Shown here: positions 7,727-16,325 of the stretch, in pieces | Numbering within the stretch: position 1 is the first letter of the stretch | Layout of the letters: each line of letters opens with the position of its first letter | IMG/VR virus record: IMGVR_UViG_3300035199_000184 | Span: 3,528-67,527 of that record | Direction: 5' to 3' (one strand) | Length of the DNA stretch: 64,000 bases | Source: a virus | Notes under the pieces: model-generated | What the model saw: only the letters and a program-made list of their open reading frames with translations | What the model was told of the DNA's origin: nothing | Database searches by the model: none | Made by a program: the position numbers and the translations under genes

Positions 7727-8648
7727 TTTTCTTTTCCTTTGCTTCGGTCAGGGTTGTCAGTTGACGCTGGAACCTGCGGTTGATTTCGGTCGCCCGCATA
7801 CGAAAGTCGACACGGCAGGAGTCCAGGTAGCTGTCGTAGGCCTCTAGCTTGAGAACCACGGCCTCAACTTCGCTGACCTTCTTGGCAACTGTGCCTTTGC
7901 GGGTCAAAGAGCCCTCCTCGGGGTCCATGTTGAAGGCCTGTGTAGCCTTCTCCAGGTCCGACAGGAGTTGGTCCATGCCGATTCGGAGCACGTTACTCAG
8001 AGCTTGCTTGCCCCTCTCGGTGCCCACTCGGATGGGGAACCGTGACAGAGCACAGGGGTCGCCAGTGACGTCAGTCATCCAACGCTCCAGTTTGTCGGCA
8101 AAGGCGTGGAACTCTGACGGGCAGAAGTAGGCAACGCCCTTGTTCTTATTGATCGGCCACAGGTCCGCATTGTCCCTGCACAACTTCTTGACCATCCTGG
8201 TGATGTCACCGGAGTTACGTCGGGTCTGCTCTTCGGCCATGTACCGCTCGATGTCGATGGCGAGTCTTTCCTGCCCTAAGGTCACTGGGGTAACGGTCCC
8301 GGTCTTGACGTCCAGTTCGACTACCGCCTCAAAGACGTGATTGATCATAGCGTCGGTCTTGCTCTCGTAGGTGAACTGGTGGCGGACCAAGGTGCCGTCC
8401 CTGGATACCCGCTCGACGATCTTGTCCAGACCCTTCACCATCCTGTTGGTGGCACGGGTGAACGCACTCTTGTGCTGAAGGTCTTGGATCATGTCGGCAT
8501 CCAGGCCGGCGGCAGTTGCTGCGTCCCGCAGTAGCGAAACCTTTACGATCTTACTGGGAATGTCCCAGGTTAGGATATCGCCCGCGAGCTCTTTGTCGTC
8601 CACCTTCGGGGTGGACTTCGGGTTGTGTGAAGTTGTGAGTGTGGTCAT
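7692..8648 (-). CDS. DUF6744-like protein
   Basis: GDILTW, GVAYFCP and coiled-coil C-terminus; position upstream of the AAA/VWA pair. Confidence 0.6.
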   Translation of the reverse strand: MTTLTTSHNPKSTPKVDDKELAGDILTWDIPSKIVKVSLLRDAATAAGLDADMIQDLQHKSAFTRATNRMVKGLDKIVERVSRDGTLVRHQFTYESKTDAMINHVFEAVVELDVKTGTVTPVTLGQERLAIDIERYMAEEQTRRNSGDITRMVKKLCRDNADLWPINKNKGVAYFCPSEFHAFADKLERWMTDVTGDPCALSRFPIRVGTERGKQALSNVLRIGMDQLLSDLEKATQAFNMDPEEGSLTRKGTVAKKVSEVEAVVLKLEAYDSYLDSCRVDFRMRATEINRRFQRQLTTLTEAKEKKNGKSEPDASGK

Positions 8649-9300
8649 GTGTGGTCTCCATTGCGAATATGTCTTGTTCATGGTTAGTCTCGATCAGGTG
8701 AGCATATCTGTTCGTGGTAAGGATTGTTCTGTGCCCGACTGCTCGGGCTACTTCAACTAGTGTCTTACCAGCGTATAGGCAGTTGCTCACATACGAATGT
8801 CTCCCGCTGTGTAGCGTCGTTTGTCTTCCCCGGTCCTCTCCGAGGCACTGTATCAGTGATTTCCATCGTTGACTGAGGGTGCTCTCCTTAAGTCGACCGC
8901 CGACTTTGGCACCAAGTTTGGCTGCATGTGATACGCAACATACGAGAGGTTGGTTCGAATCTTTATCAGAAAAGTAAGAACTTTTTCTGAACTCCATCCA
9001 GGCAGCTAAATCGTCCAGCGTTCCCCGGTCCCAGTACAGCGGTACGTAGCGACCGTGTGCCTCACCCCGAGACGCTTTGGTAGCCTCAGGGCGTACCCGG
9101 ATTACTGGTCGTGCACCTGTTAGCAGCACGTCACGAATCTCCAAGAGGCTAATCTCTTTGCGTCGGAGCCCGCAGCATGCCGCTAGGCGGAAGAGGGTAA
9201 GGTTGAGCCTGCCGGCTGGGTGTCGAGACTTAGACCGCAGCATGGTCACTACGGTGCGTATCTCGTCAGGTTGCAGGATTTCAGATGGATCGAAACTCAC
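8551..9300 (-). CDS. Tyrosine recombinase, catalytic domain only
   Basis: GLRRKEI (R), TK, HSGRH (HxxR), VGH and RY catalytic residues; no N-terminal arm or core-binding domain. Confidence 0.9.
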   Translation of the reverse strand: MSFDPSEILQPDEIRTVVTMLRSKSRHPAGRLNLTLFRLAACCGLRRKEISLLEIRDVLLTGARPVIRVRPEATKASRGEAHGRYVPLYWDRGTLDDLAAWMEFRKSSYFSDKDSNQPLVCCVSHAAKLGAKVGGRLKESTLSQRWKSLIQCLGEDRGRQTTLHSGRHSYVSNCLYAGKTLVEVARAVGHRTILTTNRYAHLIETNHEQDIFAMETTHDHTHNFTQPEVHPEGGRQRARGRYPNLGHSQ

Positions 9301-9635
9301 GGCGTCTCCTCCGCAATGTCTACTTGTCGTCCGTATATCTCTTGGAACCTCTCCAAGTCAAACCCCTCGGGGTCTGCTAACTTCTTCAGTCTCAATTGTC
9401 TCTCGACCGGCCACTCCGCGTAGTCTCCCATGAGCTCATGGCAGGGCCGGCACAGATGAAGTAAGCAACATCGTACACCCTGAGCCCTAACACGTCTAGC
9501 CCCCCTGGCGATCTCATGAACGTCACAGGCGACGCTACCGCATAGCTGGCAGAATGGGAACAGATCACGATAAGTCGACCTCAGTGTCTCGTCCGAACGG
9601 TCCTGTTTCGAGCGTTTCTTTGAGCGGTTTCTCAT
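9297..9635 (-). CDS. HNH-type nuclease
   Basis: CQLCG...DVHEI...LCRPCHE. Confidence 0.75.
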   Translation of the reverse strand: MRNRSKKRSKQDRSDETLRSTYRDLFPFCQLCGSVACDVHEIARGARRVRAQGVRCCLLHLCRPCHELMGDYAEWPVERQLRLKKLADPEGFDLERFQEIYGRQVDIAEETP

Positions 9636-9834
9636 TCTTCGAGCCCCCCGTGGCCTCGATAGTCTCGTCCAAGGCTTGGTCCATTTTCTGCCAGTTCGCC
9701 ATGCGGTCATCCTCAGTTTTCGGGAGCCTAGTCGGGAACAGGGCGGCTAACTTCAGCATGTACACAGCACGTTGCCATGGGTCTAATTCAGCCATGCGAG
9801 ACCAGCGGTCAGATTTCGACGATTTGTAGATCAT
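9565..9834 (-). CDS. Small hypothetical protein (start possibly 9795)
   Basis: Fills the gap between DUF1064 and HNH genes. Confidence 0.45.
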   Translation of the reverse strand: MIYKSSKSDRWSRMAELDPWQRAVYMLKLAALFPTRLPKTEDDRMANWQKMDQALDETIEATGGSKNEKPLKETLETGPFGRDTEVDLS

Positions 9835-10153
9835 AAAGGCACTCCACTATTTTCTTTTTCCTGAGATATTCCTTGGTCCGCCAACCCTTGACGTCCTCTA
9901 CGATTACCTTGCCGTCACCGTCCAGGTATCGAAAGTCAGCCCGGTAATGGTAGCGATTGTTCTCCATGGACCTGCCGTTCGCTTCATAGATTGTCTTCCA
10001 TGAAAACCTTGGTTGCAGTTCCAGGTTGCTTATCAGCCCATCGGCCTTCATGTTACGTAGCTCGACGTAGCGTTTCGATTCCTTGACGCTGGCGAAATTA
10101 TGACCGTCGACCGCAATGGACTTCGCGTTGTACTTATGCCGCTTACCAACCAT
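9809..10153 (-). CDS. DUF1064 PD-(D/E)XK endonuclease
   Basis: KYNAK, DGxxFxSxKExxRY, LELQPRF, YRADF, VEDVKG. Confidence 0.9.
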   Translation of the reverse strand: MVGKRHKYNAKSIAVDGHNFASVKESKRYVELRNMKADGLISNLELQPRFSWKTIYEANGRSMENNRYHYRADFRYLDGDGKVIVEDVKGWRTKEYLRKKKIVECLYDLQIVEI

Positions 10154-10544
10154 ACTTCGTTCTCCGCTTGGCGTCCTCCTTGCATTCCCGTACAGCCGAT
10201 TTCTCTATCTCGCTGAGCATCTGGTCCAGGAACTCCCCCTGACCGTCGCGGCCTAGGTTCTGGATCACTCTGCCTACGTTCTCGACTCGGGCTGTTGTCA
10301 TACCGAGCATGAGCATAATGAAGGCAACCTTTTCAAGTCCCTCTGGTTCATCGGCGTTGGGTGCCGCCTTGTTAAGTTCCCTTCCGATGTCCTTGAAGTC
10401 GGCGGCAATAACTTCAAGGGACCGAGCGAGCCGCCTGATGTTGTCCTTGTTCTTTGTTTCGAGAACTTCCTTGCTAATGTCTACGCGGTCCCAGCGGGTG
10501 GTATCTTCCTTGGCCCTAGAGGCCCGTTGTCGCTTTACCTTCAT
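10143..10544 (-). CDS. Hypothetical helical protein
   Basis: AAGGAG RBS and coupling. Confidence 0.65.
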   Translation of the reverse strand: MKVKRQRASRAKEDTTRWDRVDISKEVLETKNKDNIRRLARSLEVIAADFKDIGRELNKAAPNADEPEGLEKVAFIMLMLGMTTARVENVGRVIQNLGRDGQGEFLDQMLSEIEKSAVRECKEDAKRRTKYGW

Positions 10545-10669
10545 GGTTCACTCCTTGCTAAAATACTCTGAATAACAACCAGACATAGACTATCACGTAA
10601 ATGGGGACCAGTATTACCCCCACTGTATCGAAGTCTTTCTCCTTCATGTCCAAACCCTGAGAACATACG

Positions 10670-10894
10670 TCATCGTCGTACGCCAAGAGAAATAAACAGT
10701 AGGCCAAAACCAAAGTATGCTCCGATCTCAATGATTGCACACGCCGTCATACCGAGTATGATCCCCAGCAGGCCCCCGAGGTACAGCCACACCTCAATGC
10801 CAACTATCACCCCGGCTACTGCCGGCAGGGCGAACAAACAAAACACGAGGACTCCGAAGAAAAAACTGACGATGCATTGCGCTGCTAATTTCAT
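10670..10894 (-). CDS. Small membrane protein
   Basis: Almost entirely hydrophobic 74-aa ORF. Confidence 0.55.
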   Translation of the reverse strand: MKLAAQCIVSFFFGVLVFCLFALPAVAGVIVGIEVWLYLGGLLGIILGMTACAIIEIGAYFGFGLLFISLGVRR

Positions 10895-10908
10895 GAGGTA
10901 TACCCTTC

Positions 10909-11346
10909 CTATTCTGTAAGTTCACTTCGGTACTTGTTTTTAGATATCCTCAAGTACTCGCTGACCACATCCCGAAACTGGTTGGTTCCCCATCCCTTCT
11001 GGATCGCTAGCTCCAAAAACTCGTCCTGGAACTGAGCCGGCAGACGGGCTGCTGTATCGTAGTGAGCCTGTGAGAGCCCCAAATTCGGCTTCCTAGAGGC
11101 TTTCGCCACCCTGTCACTGGTACTACGCAATCTATTTAATTTGCTCAGAGACAGTGATTCTGGGATGCTCTGGGCATATCCGTCCCCGAACCGCCGTTCT
11201 GCTTCATTCAATAGGTCTCCGATCCACCAAGGAGCACCCTGGATGGCCCAGGCCGCGAACTGGAGGGCCTGTTCGAAGTCCCTCACAGTCGCGTCCTTGG
11301 GCATCGTGGCACCGTACTCATCAACTTCAGCTTTGCCGATCTTCAT
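10909..11346 (-). CDS. LmbU-like putative DNA-binding regulator
   Basis: WWIGDLLNxAExRFGxxY and LSxxHY motifs. Confidence 0.6.
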   Translation of the reverse strand: MKIGKAEVDEYGATMPKDATVRDFEQALQFAAWAIQGAPWWIGDLLNEAERRFGDGYAQSIPESLSLSKLNRLRSTSDRVAKASRKPNLGLSQAHYDTAARLPAQFQDEFLELAIQKGWGTNQFRDVVSEYLRISKNKYRSELTE

Positions 11347-11908
11347 GCTCTCTCTCTTCCAGCCCCACGGTGCGGTGCCAAGATACGTAGCGGTCCACCC
11401 AGTGCTCTATGTCGGCCTTCAGGTCAGGGTACGGGTAGCAGACGAACTGCTCCATGCCCTTGACCGTCCAGATTCCATTCAGCAGCTTGATCTGCACCAC
11501 GTCGTACCAGAATTCAGTACCACCGAAAGCCTCAAGGTATATCCGCCACTGGAGACTGTCCAGGTAGCGGTCTATCTTGATAGCTTTCTGTGTTGTCTTA
11601 AGGTCTCGTACCTGGAGCCCATGCAAGTAGTCGGCCTTGGCGACGATCTCGTGTCCGAGGACATCGAGCGTCACCTTGGCCTGGGTAATGCGACCTTCAG
11701 GGAGACGCTCTCGGACGCCTTGCACATCCGATGCGTCTACCCCGTCAGTCACTTCACCGTCCACAGCACTCTCGAAGAGGGTGCCGGCGGACATTGCAGG
11801 TGTCCACTCTTTCGTTCCTGTTGCGGTTGCGACCATGTCGTCGGTCGTCATCCAAGAAAAGGTTCGATAGAGGCGATACGATTCCAGTGTTGTTGTTGAT
11901 ATCCGCAT
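11327..11908 (-). CDS. PD-(D/E)XK (RecB/Cas4-like) exonuclease
   Basis: AMSAGT, KAD...DLKTT, SLQWRIY. Confidence 0.8.
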   Translation of the reverse strand: MRISTTTLESYRLYRTFSWMTTDDMVATATGTKEWTPAMSAGTLFESAVDGEVTDGVDASDVQGVRERLPEGRITQAKVTLDVLGHEIVAKADYLHGLQVRDLKTTQKAIKIDRYLDSLQWRIYLEAFGGTEFWYDVVQIKLLNGIWTVKGMEQFVCYPYPDLKADIEHWVDRYVSWHRTVGLEEREHEDRQS

Positions 11909-11909
11909 C

Positions 11910-12263
11910 TTACCAAGGTAGCTCTTCGGTCACGGTCTGAGTCTCGGCAACAGGTGCCGCTGCGGGGGCTGCGGGACGTACCCAAAGACCTTCGCAGGAC
12001 AAGAAGTAACGCACCTCACTCGACTCATCCTTACGCCAGCGGCGACCGGACAGACGATAGCCGACTTCGACTTCGTCACCGACGTTGAACCCATCGGGGA
12101 TACCGATCAGGTCACGGGTGAATTCAATCGGCACGAAATTCGGGTACTTGCTGTCGGCACCCTGGACCAAAATCATCGACCTCTTCTGGAAGCCGTTCTT
12201 CCCGAATTCCTTCGTGGGCTCGATGTCGTGGACCGTCGCCTTGATTGTTTGTTCTGTGAACAT
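11910..12263 (-). CDS. DUF3127 OB-fold SSB-like protein
   Basis: GFQKR, KYPNFVPIEF, VGDEVEV, LSGRRW, acidic EELPW tail. Confidence 0.85.
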   Translation of the reverse strand: MFTEQTIKATVHDIEPTKEFGKNGFQKRSMILVQGADSKYPNFVPIEFTRDLIGIPDGFNVGDEVEVGYRLSGRRWRKDESSEVRYFLSCEGLWVRPAAPAAAPVAETQTVTEELPW

Positions 12264-12292
12264 ACGCTGTATTCCTTTCTAGAATACGGGGT

Positions 12293-13189
12293 TTAGACAA
12301 AAGCCTTCTGCTTCTTGTCGTAGGTAATCCCAAGTTCAGTCACTCTGACTTGGAGAAGTTTCTTTCGTTGTGCGACCAGGGCGCGGTTGCCCTTGAAGTA
12401 CTTGTCGAGCCCGAGCAGTGTATTGGCGTCGTCAGCGGACTCGACGAAGCCACACTCAGCCTTGAACTCTTCGAGCTCTTCCACTGCCTTGAACTGGGTC
12501 TTGGCAATGCATCCCATGCCCTTCTTGATTGCCGTCACTTGGCCGGCGAACCAGTTGGGCTCGTCGTCGAAGCTAGGCACAACCAGCGGCTGAAGGCCGG
12601 CGGGATTCTTGCCGAGGCACTCGCCACGGGGTGAGAAGTCCAACACGGTCTTGTCGTCTCCACGCTTGTGCAGCCGGCCAACGGCGTCACACAGCTTGAA
12701 GATTTCATGGTACGTGCCGCCGGTAATGTCGGGGCGTATGTACAGGTCGTCACCATTCCGGGCCTCTTTGTCATGAGCCAAGAAGATCACGTCCTTGCCG
12801 AGCGTCAGGATACCCTTAACCCAGCGGGCGAAGGTGCTTTTAAGCTCCCCGTATCCCTGTAGCGTCGGCTCACCAGACTCTCGCACCAGTCGCCGGTCTC
12901 GGCTTCCGATCTCCATGATCAGGTAGTCCAGGGCTCGACCAACGGTGTCCAGGATGACGGTATCGTACTCCACTAGGTCTTGTGCCCCCAAGCCCGAGAC
13001 TTCAGACCAAGAGTCGATGATCACGGTGTCGCCACGGTAGCCCGAGCGATGTGATCCATGGTCGAAGTCCAGGCAAAGAGGCTTGGACGCAGTGAACGCA
13101 CAGGAGGTCTTGCCGGTTCCAGGTGAACCGTAGACCATGACGTTGGTGTTAGCCACTACCAGTTGTTCCGTTGCTCGTACAATCTTCAT
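12293..13189 (-). CDS. AAA_24 / Sak4-like ssDNA-annealing ATPase
   Basis: YGSPGTGKTS, LDFDHG, YDTVILDT, FLAH; adjacent to SSB-like and exonuclease genes. Confidence 0.85.
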   Translation of the reverse strand: MKIVRATEQLVVANTNVMVYGSPGTGKTSCAFTASKPLCLDFDHGSHRSGYRGDTVIIDSWSEVSGLGAQDLVEYDTVILDTVGRALDYLIMEIGSRDRRLVRESGEPTLQGYGELKSTFARWVKGILTLGKDVIFLAHDKEARNGDDLYIRPDITGGTYHEIFKLCDAVGRLHKRGDDKTVLDFSPRGECLGKNPAGLQPLVVPSFDDEPNWFAGQVTAIKKGMGCIAKTQFKAVEELEEFKAECGFVESADDANTLLGLDKYFKGNRALVAQRKKLLQVRVTELGITYDKKQKAFV

Positions 13190-13881
13190 GCGTTCACCTC
13201 TTTCAGTTTCATTGCTCTATGGGTTGCTGTGCGGTCCTGGCTGCACATATCAGCCCAAACTTCGTCATTGATCTCGTCTCGGGACTTCGGTTGCCACTCC
13301 TCGTTCTGGTAGAAGAGCGTATTCTCCATCTCCCGCTTCCGGGCTCGTACCCGCTTTGGTAGCTGCCCCTTGTGGTACAACTGTGAGGCGCGCTGTTTGC
13401 TGATTCCGAGAAGCTTGGACCAGCCTGTCAGAGTTCTAGTGTCACCTCCGACGTCAACCACGGTTCCCGCACACTTGCCGCTGAAAGTTACGTAGTTTTG
13501 TGGACCCAGAAACTTTCTCTTGTCACGGGGGCCGATCCATAGAGTCTCGTCACCGATGTCCCGCAATAGGTCGCGGAAATTGACCCACCGTGCTACGACA
13601 CGACGGAGCTTGATGTACTTTCGATGACACTGGTAGAGTCGACTGCTGACGGGTATGGGGGATTGCCGGAGGGTGCACTGGGCGGTGCAGTAGAGCACTG
13701 CACCTTTTTTTACGGAGTGCTTAACTGCCTGGACCGTCGCACCACAATCGCACCGGATTGTGATTCGAGGATTCGTGCTGCACTGACCCTCGGGATCTTC
13801 CGCTACTACAATGTTGCCGTAGCGGCGACCTTCGAGATTGCAGAACCTAGATGATTTGCTAGGCTGTCGCTCGTTGCTCAT
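13186..13881 (-). CDS. HNH-homing-endonuclease-derived DNA-binding protein
   Basis: LEGRRYG...RCDCG N-terminus and TLTGWSKLLGISKQR helix-turn-helix; nuclease core looks degenerate. Confidence 0.55.
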   Translation of the reverse strand: MSNERQPSKSSRFCNLEGRRYGNIVVAEDPEGQCSTNPRITIRCDCGATVQAVKHSVKKGAVLYCTAQCTLRQSPIPVSSRLYQCHRKYIKLRRVVARWVNFRDLLRDIGDETLWIGPRDKRKFLGPQNYVTFSGKCAGTVVDVGGDTRTLTGWSKLLGISKQRASQLYHKGQLPKRVRARKREMENTLFYQNEEWQPKSRDEINDEVWADMCSQDRTATHRAMKLKEVNA

Positions 13882-13969
13882 TCGTCACTCCTTCTAAAAA
13901 ATTCGAACGTCTGGCTATTGTACGCCGGCTAGACGTCAATGGTTCGATAATTTAGAAAAAATTCCGAAA

Positions 13970-14431
13970 CTATTTACGAGCAGGAAGAAAAGGAATCAAA
14001 TGGGTGTCGGTATCTGTGTCGGGCTGTGGAGTGACTACAGTTCCTGACTTAAACAGACTACCGATAGCGAGGGGAATGCCCACGCCGGCCCCCAAGCCCG
14101 TGCCGCCTATGCCAGCGGCGAGTGCGAACTTGAGAAGGGGAGACAATAAGCTCTTCTTGAGAGCGACCTCCTTTACAGGAGCGGCCTCAGCAGGGGGCTC
14201 GGGATTAGCCGGCATCCCAATGCTAATGTCATCAGCAATGATGATATCACCCATCTGGTCTTCCTCTGCCCCCCCACTAGGGGGGAGCATTTGGTCGAGA
14301 TATCTATCCGCTTTGCGGCGGCTGTGGGACGTCATAGCTATCTGATCCTGAAGGTGCGAGGCTTCTTCCCCCGCCTTCAGTTTCAGAAACTTCGCTGTCA
14401 GCTTCTCCCTCAAATTCTTTGGCAAGGTCAT
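13970..14431 (-). CDS. Membrane-anchored hypothetical protein
   Basis: C-terminal Gly-rich hydrophobic segment followed by DTDTDT. Confidence 0.65.
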   Translation of the reverse strand: MTLPKNLREKLTAKFLKLKAGEEASHLQDQIAMTSHSRRKADRYLDQMLPPSGGAEEDQMGDIIIADDISIGMPANPEPPAEAAPVKEVALKKSLLSPLLKFALAAGIGGTGLGAGVGIPLAIGSLFKSGTVVTPQPDTDTDTHLIPFLPARK

Positions 14432-14543
14432 CAAGTCTTCTTGCGATATCTCTTCCATGCTCTTGAATGACTTTCCCTACACCATCGCCGTCAATTACGG
14501 CTCGGCGTAGCTTGAAGAAGTAGGCATCGTAGTTTATATCCAC
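14304..14543 (-). CDS. Small hypothetical protein
   Basis: GTG start, within the protease cassette; 3' part overlaps the next ORF. Confidence 0.45.
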   Translation of the reverse strand: MDINYDAYFFKLRRAVIDGDGVGKVIQEHGRDIARRLDDLAKEFEGEADSEVSETEGGGRSLAPSGSDSYDVPQPPQSG

Positions 14544-14572
14544 GATTCAGTCCCAGGTTGGTACTACTCAGC

Positions 14573-14767
14573 TTACGAACTGGAAGCAGCATCACGTTCC
14601 GGCGGCAGATTGCGGATCGCTACGCTCTCACGCATGCCCACTTTGCCTTCGAGGTGCTGACTTCGCAGAGCGTCACTGAAGAAATCGGCGGAATCCGACT
14701 GGCGTTGACCACTCTTGTACAAGTGTTCCTTCCAATGCAGATAGCTGTCGCTGTCTAGTGCTGCCAT
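14573..14767 (-). CDS. Small hypothetical protein (MAALDSDS...)
   Basis: GGAG RBS upstream of ATG 14767. Confidence 0.55.
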   Translation of the reverse strand: MAALDSDSYLHWKEHLYKSGQRQSDSADFFSDALRSQHLEGKVGMRESVAIRNLPPERDAASSS

Positions 14768-14834
14768 GCTTTTGTTACTCCCGGACTCAGCCTCGTCGTT
14801 GGGACAGGGCATCCCATCAAGAATTCCCATCCAC

Positions 14835-15875
14835 CTACTCCGACTTCGCTGTATCCTTAGCTTTCCCCTTGAAACCAATTCTCAGCGGCGAGCCAAGGGG
14901 TTGGGCCTGCCGTAGAATCTCGTTGTTATCAATAATCCCGTCTCCGTTAAAGTCATAATGGAGTTCCAGTACGACCGGAGGGAGGAATCTCATTATCTCA
15001 GCCACAGCCTCCTCGTCAAGCACAACCCCAGGTCCGGGGGGGCCTGTCATGCCCTCTGGTCCTCGGAGTTTTTCTAAGTACTTCTCGACGATTATGGGGG
15101 CGAGGGCCTCGGCCAGCTTGTCGTAGTCAATCTCCGGGGACGTGGGCTCTGGTGTGTCTGGAGGACATTTCTCGGGTAGCAACTTCGGAGGCCTAAACTT
15201 AGGACCTGCTTGGCCCGGAGGCAGTCACGTACCACCTGGAGGGCAGCGCCAGCCCAGCTTATTTAGCACCCGTGATGCGAACGACTCGATGTGCTCGGGC
15301 GAGACCGCATTTGTGTGGGTGAACCGAGGATTGGCCGAAAAGCCCTGGCCGGGGGCCGATATCTCGATAGCCATCCCAACAACTCGGGCTTGGTCGTCAA
15401 ATATCGGACCACCGCTATCGCCGGGGCGTACTGCCCCTAATAGTGTGTATTTGGTTTGAAGTTTTGTAGCCTTAAAGCTACCACCACCGTATCCATAAGC
15501 GTGGTAGGTCTTGCCTCGCTCGGCTCTGCCAACGGAATACGGGACCCAGGACTGCTCTCCGGTGTCGATGACGAACGCCGCAAGATCGTGCCCCTCGCCA
15601 TCTTTCCAGACTAACGTGTTGTTGTTGTCTACCCGGTACGAGACAGCCGGGTATGCGGTGTCTCCGAGCTTGGCGAAAGCGTCCCCTTGGGTGTTTAGTA
15701 CATGCCACGCCGTTATGACCAGTGATCTGTTTGCCGTGCCCTTCTGACTTGCGAGGATGAATCCGGTGCCGAGCCGGTCACCTCGACCAACACGTAAAAT
15801 TTTGGATGCAAAGGAATCACTGACTGGTAGTAACGCCAGACAGATCAGGGCCGCTGCTAGTAAAGCTCTCTTCAT
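14835..15875 (-). CDS. Secreted trypsin-like serine protease with an in-frame TGA (15225-15227) joining it to a Pro-rich/collagen-like C-terminal domain (346 aa if read through)
   Basis: Signal peptide; triad TAWH, DLA, GDSGGP; the frame continues past TGA as LPPGQAGPK...IDYDKLAE...GPEGMTGPPGPG...DFNGDG. Confidence 0.8.
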
Positions 15876-15920
15876 ACCATTCTCCAGGCTTATCTACTAA
15901 GCTAGCTTGATGCGTTCTTA

Positions 15921-15949
15921 ATTATAGCCTACTTAGGGGGTTCATTCAA
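15921..15949 (-). promoter_or_regulatory. Sigma70-type promoter for the protease cassette
   Basis: TTGAAT-N17-TATAAT on the minus strand. Confidence 0.75.
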
Positions 15950-16325
15950 AGAGGTGGGCCCAGTTGGCACCCCAAACGGTGTCCTCCATGAGCCGCCGTT
16001 CCTCGACTTCTGGGTCCTGTGACGTAAACGTATACCTCACAACACTATACTCTATCCGACATAGCACCCCCTCACTGTACCAGGACAGGGTCTTCTTGGT
16101 TCCGTCCTCAGACCAACGGGGGTTATGGACTTGGCGTACCCAGTGCCATCCTCGGCACTGTCTACCGAGAACCGGATGATAGTCCCAGAGAATGATCTGG
16201 AAATTGTCCGGTTCATCCCAAGCGTCCGACACCCGAGCGTTGATCTCAAGGATGTCTACCTGGACTACGTGGACTTCTGTTCGGAGCACGGCTCCGAGAA
16301 TGACGATGATTCCGAGGCCTGACAT
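15942..16325 (-). CDS. Hypothetical protein with N-terminal hydrophobic segment
   Basis: GAGGA RBS; VDxLEIN, QIILWD and DPEVEER motifs. Confidence 0.65.
   Translation of the reverse strand: MSGLGIIVILGAVLRTEVHVVQVDILEINARVSDAWDEPDNFQIILWDYHPVLGRQCRGWHWVRQVHNPRWSEDGTKKTLSWYSEGVLCRIEYSVVRYTFTSQDPEVEERRLMEDTVWGANWAHLFE

Noticed and set aside
11327-11908. Cas4 as part of a CRISPR-Cas locus
   Set aside because: No Fe-S cysteines, no other cas genes or array; context is a Sak4/SSB recombination module
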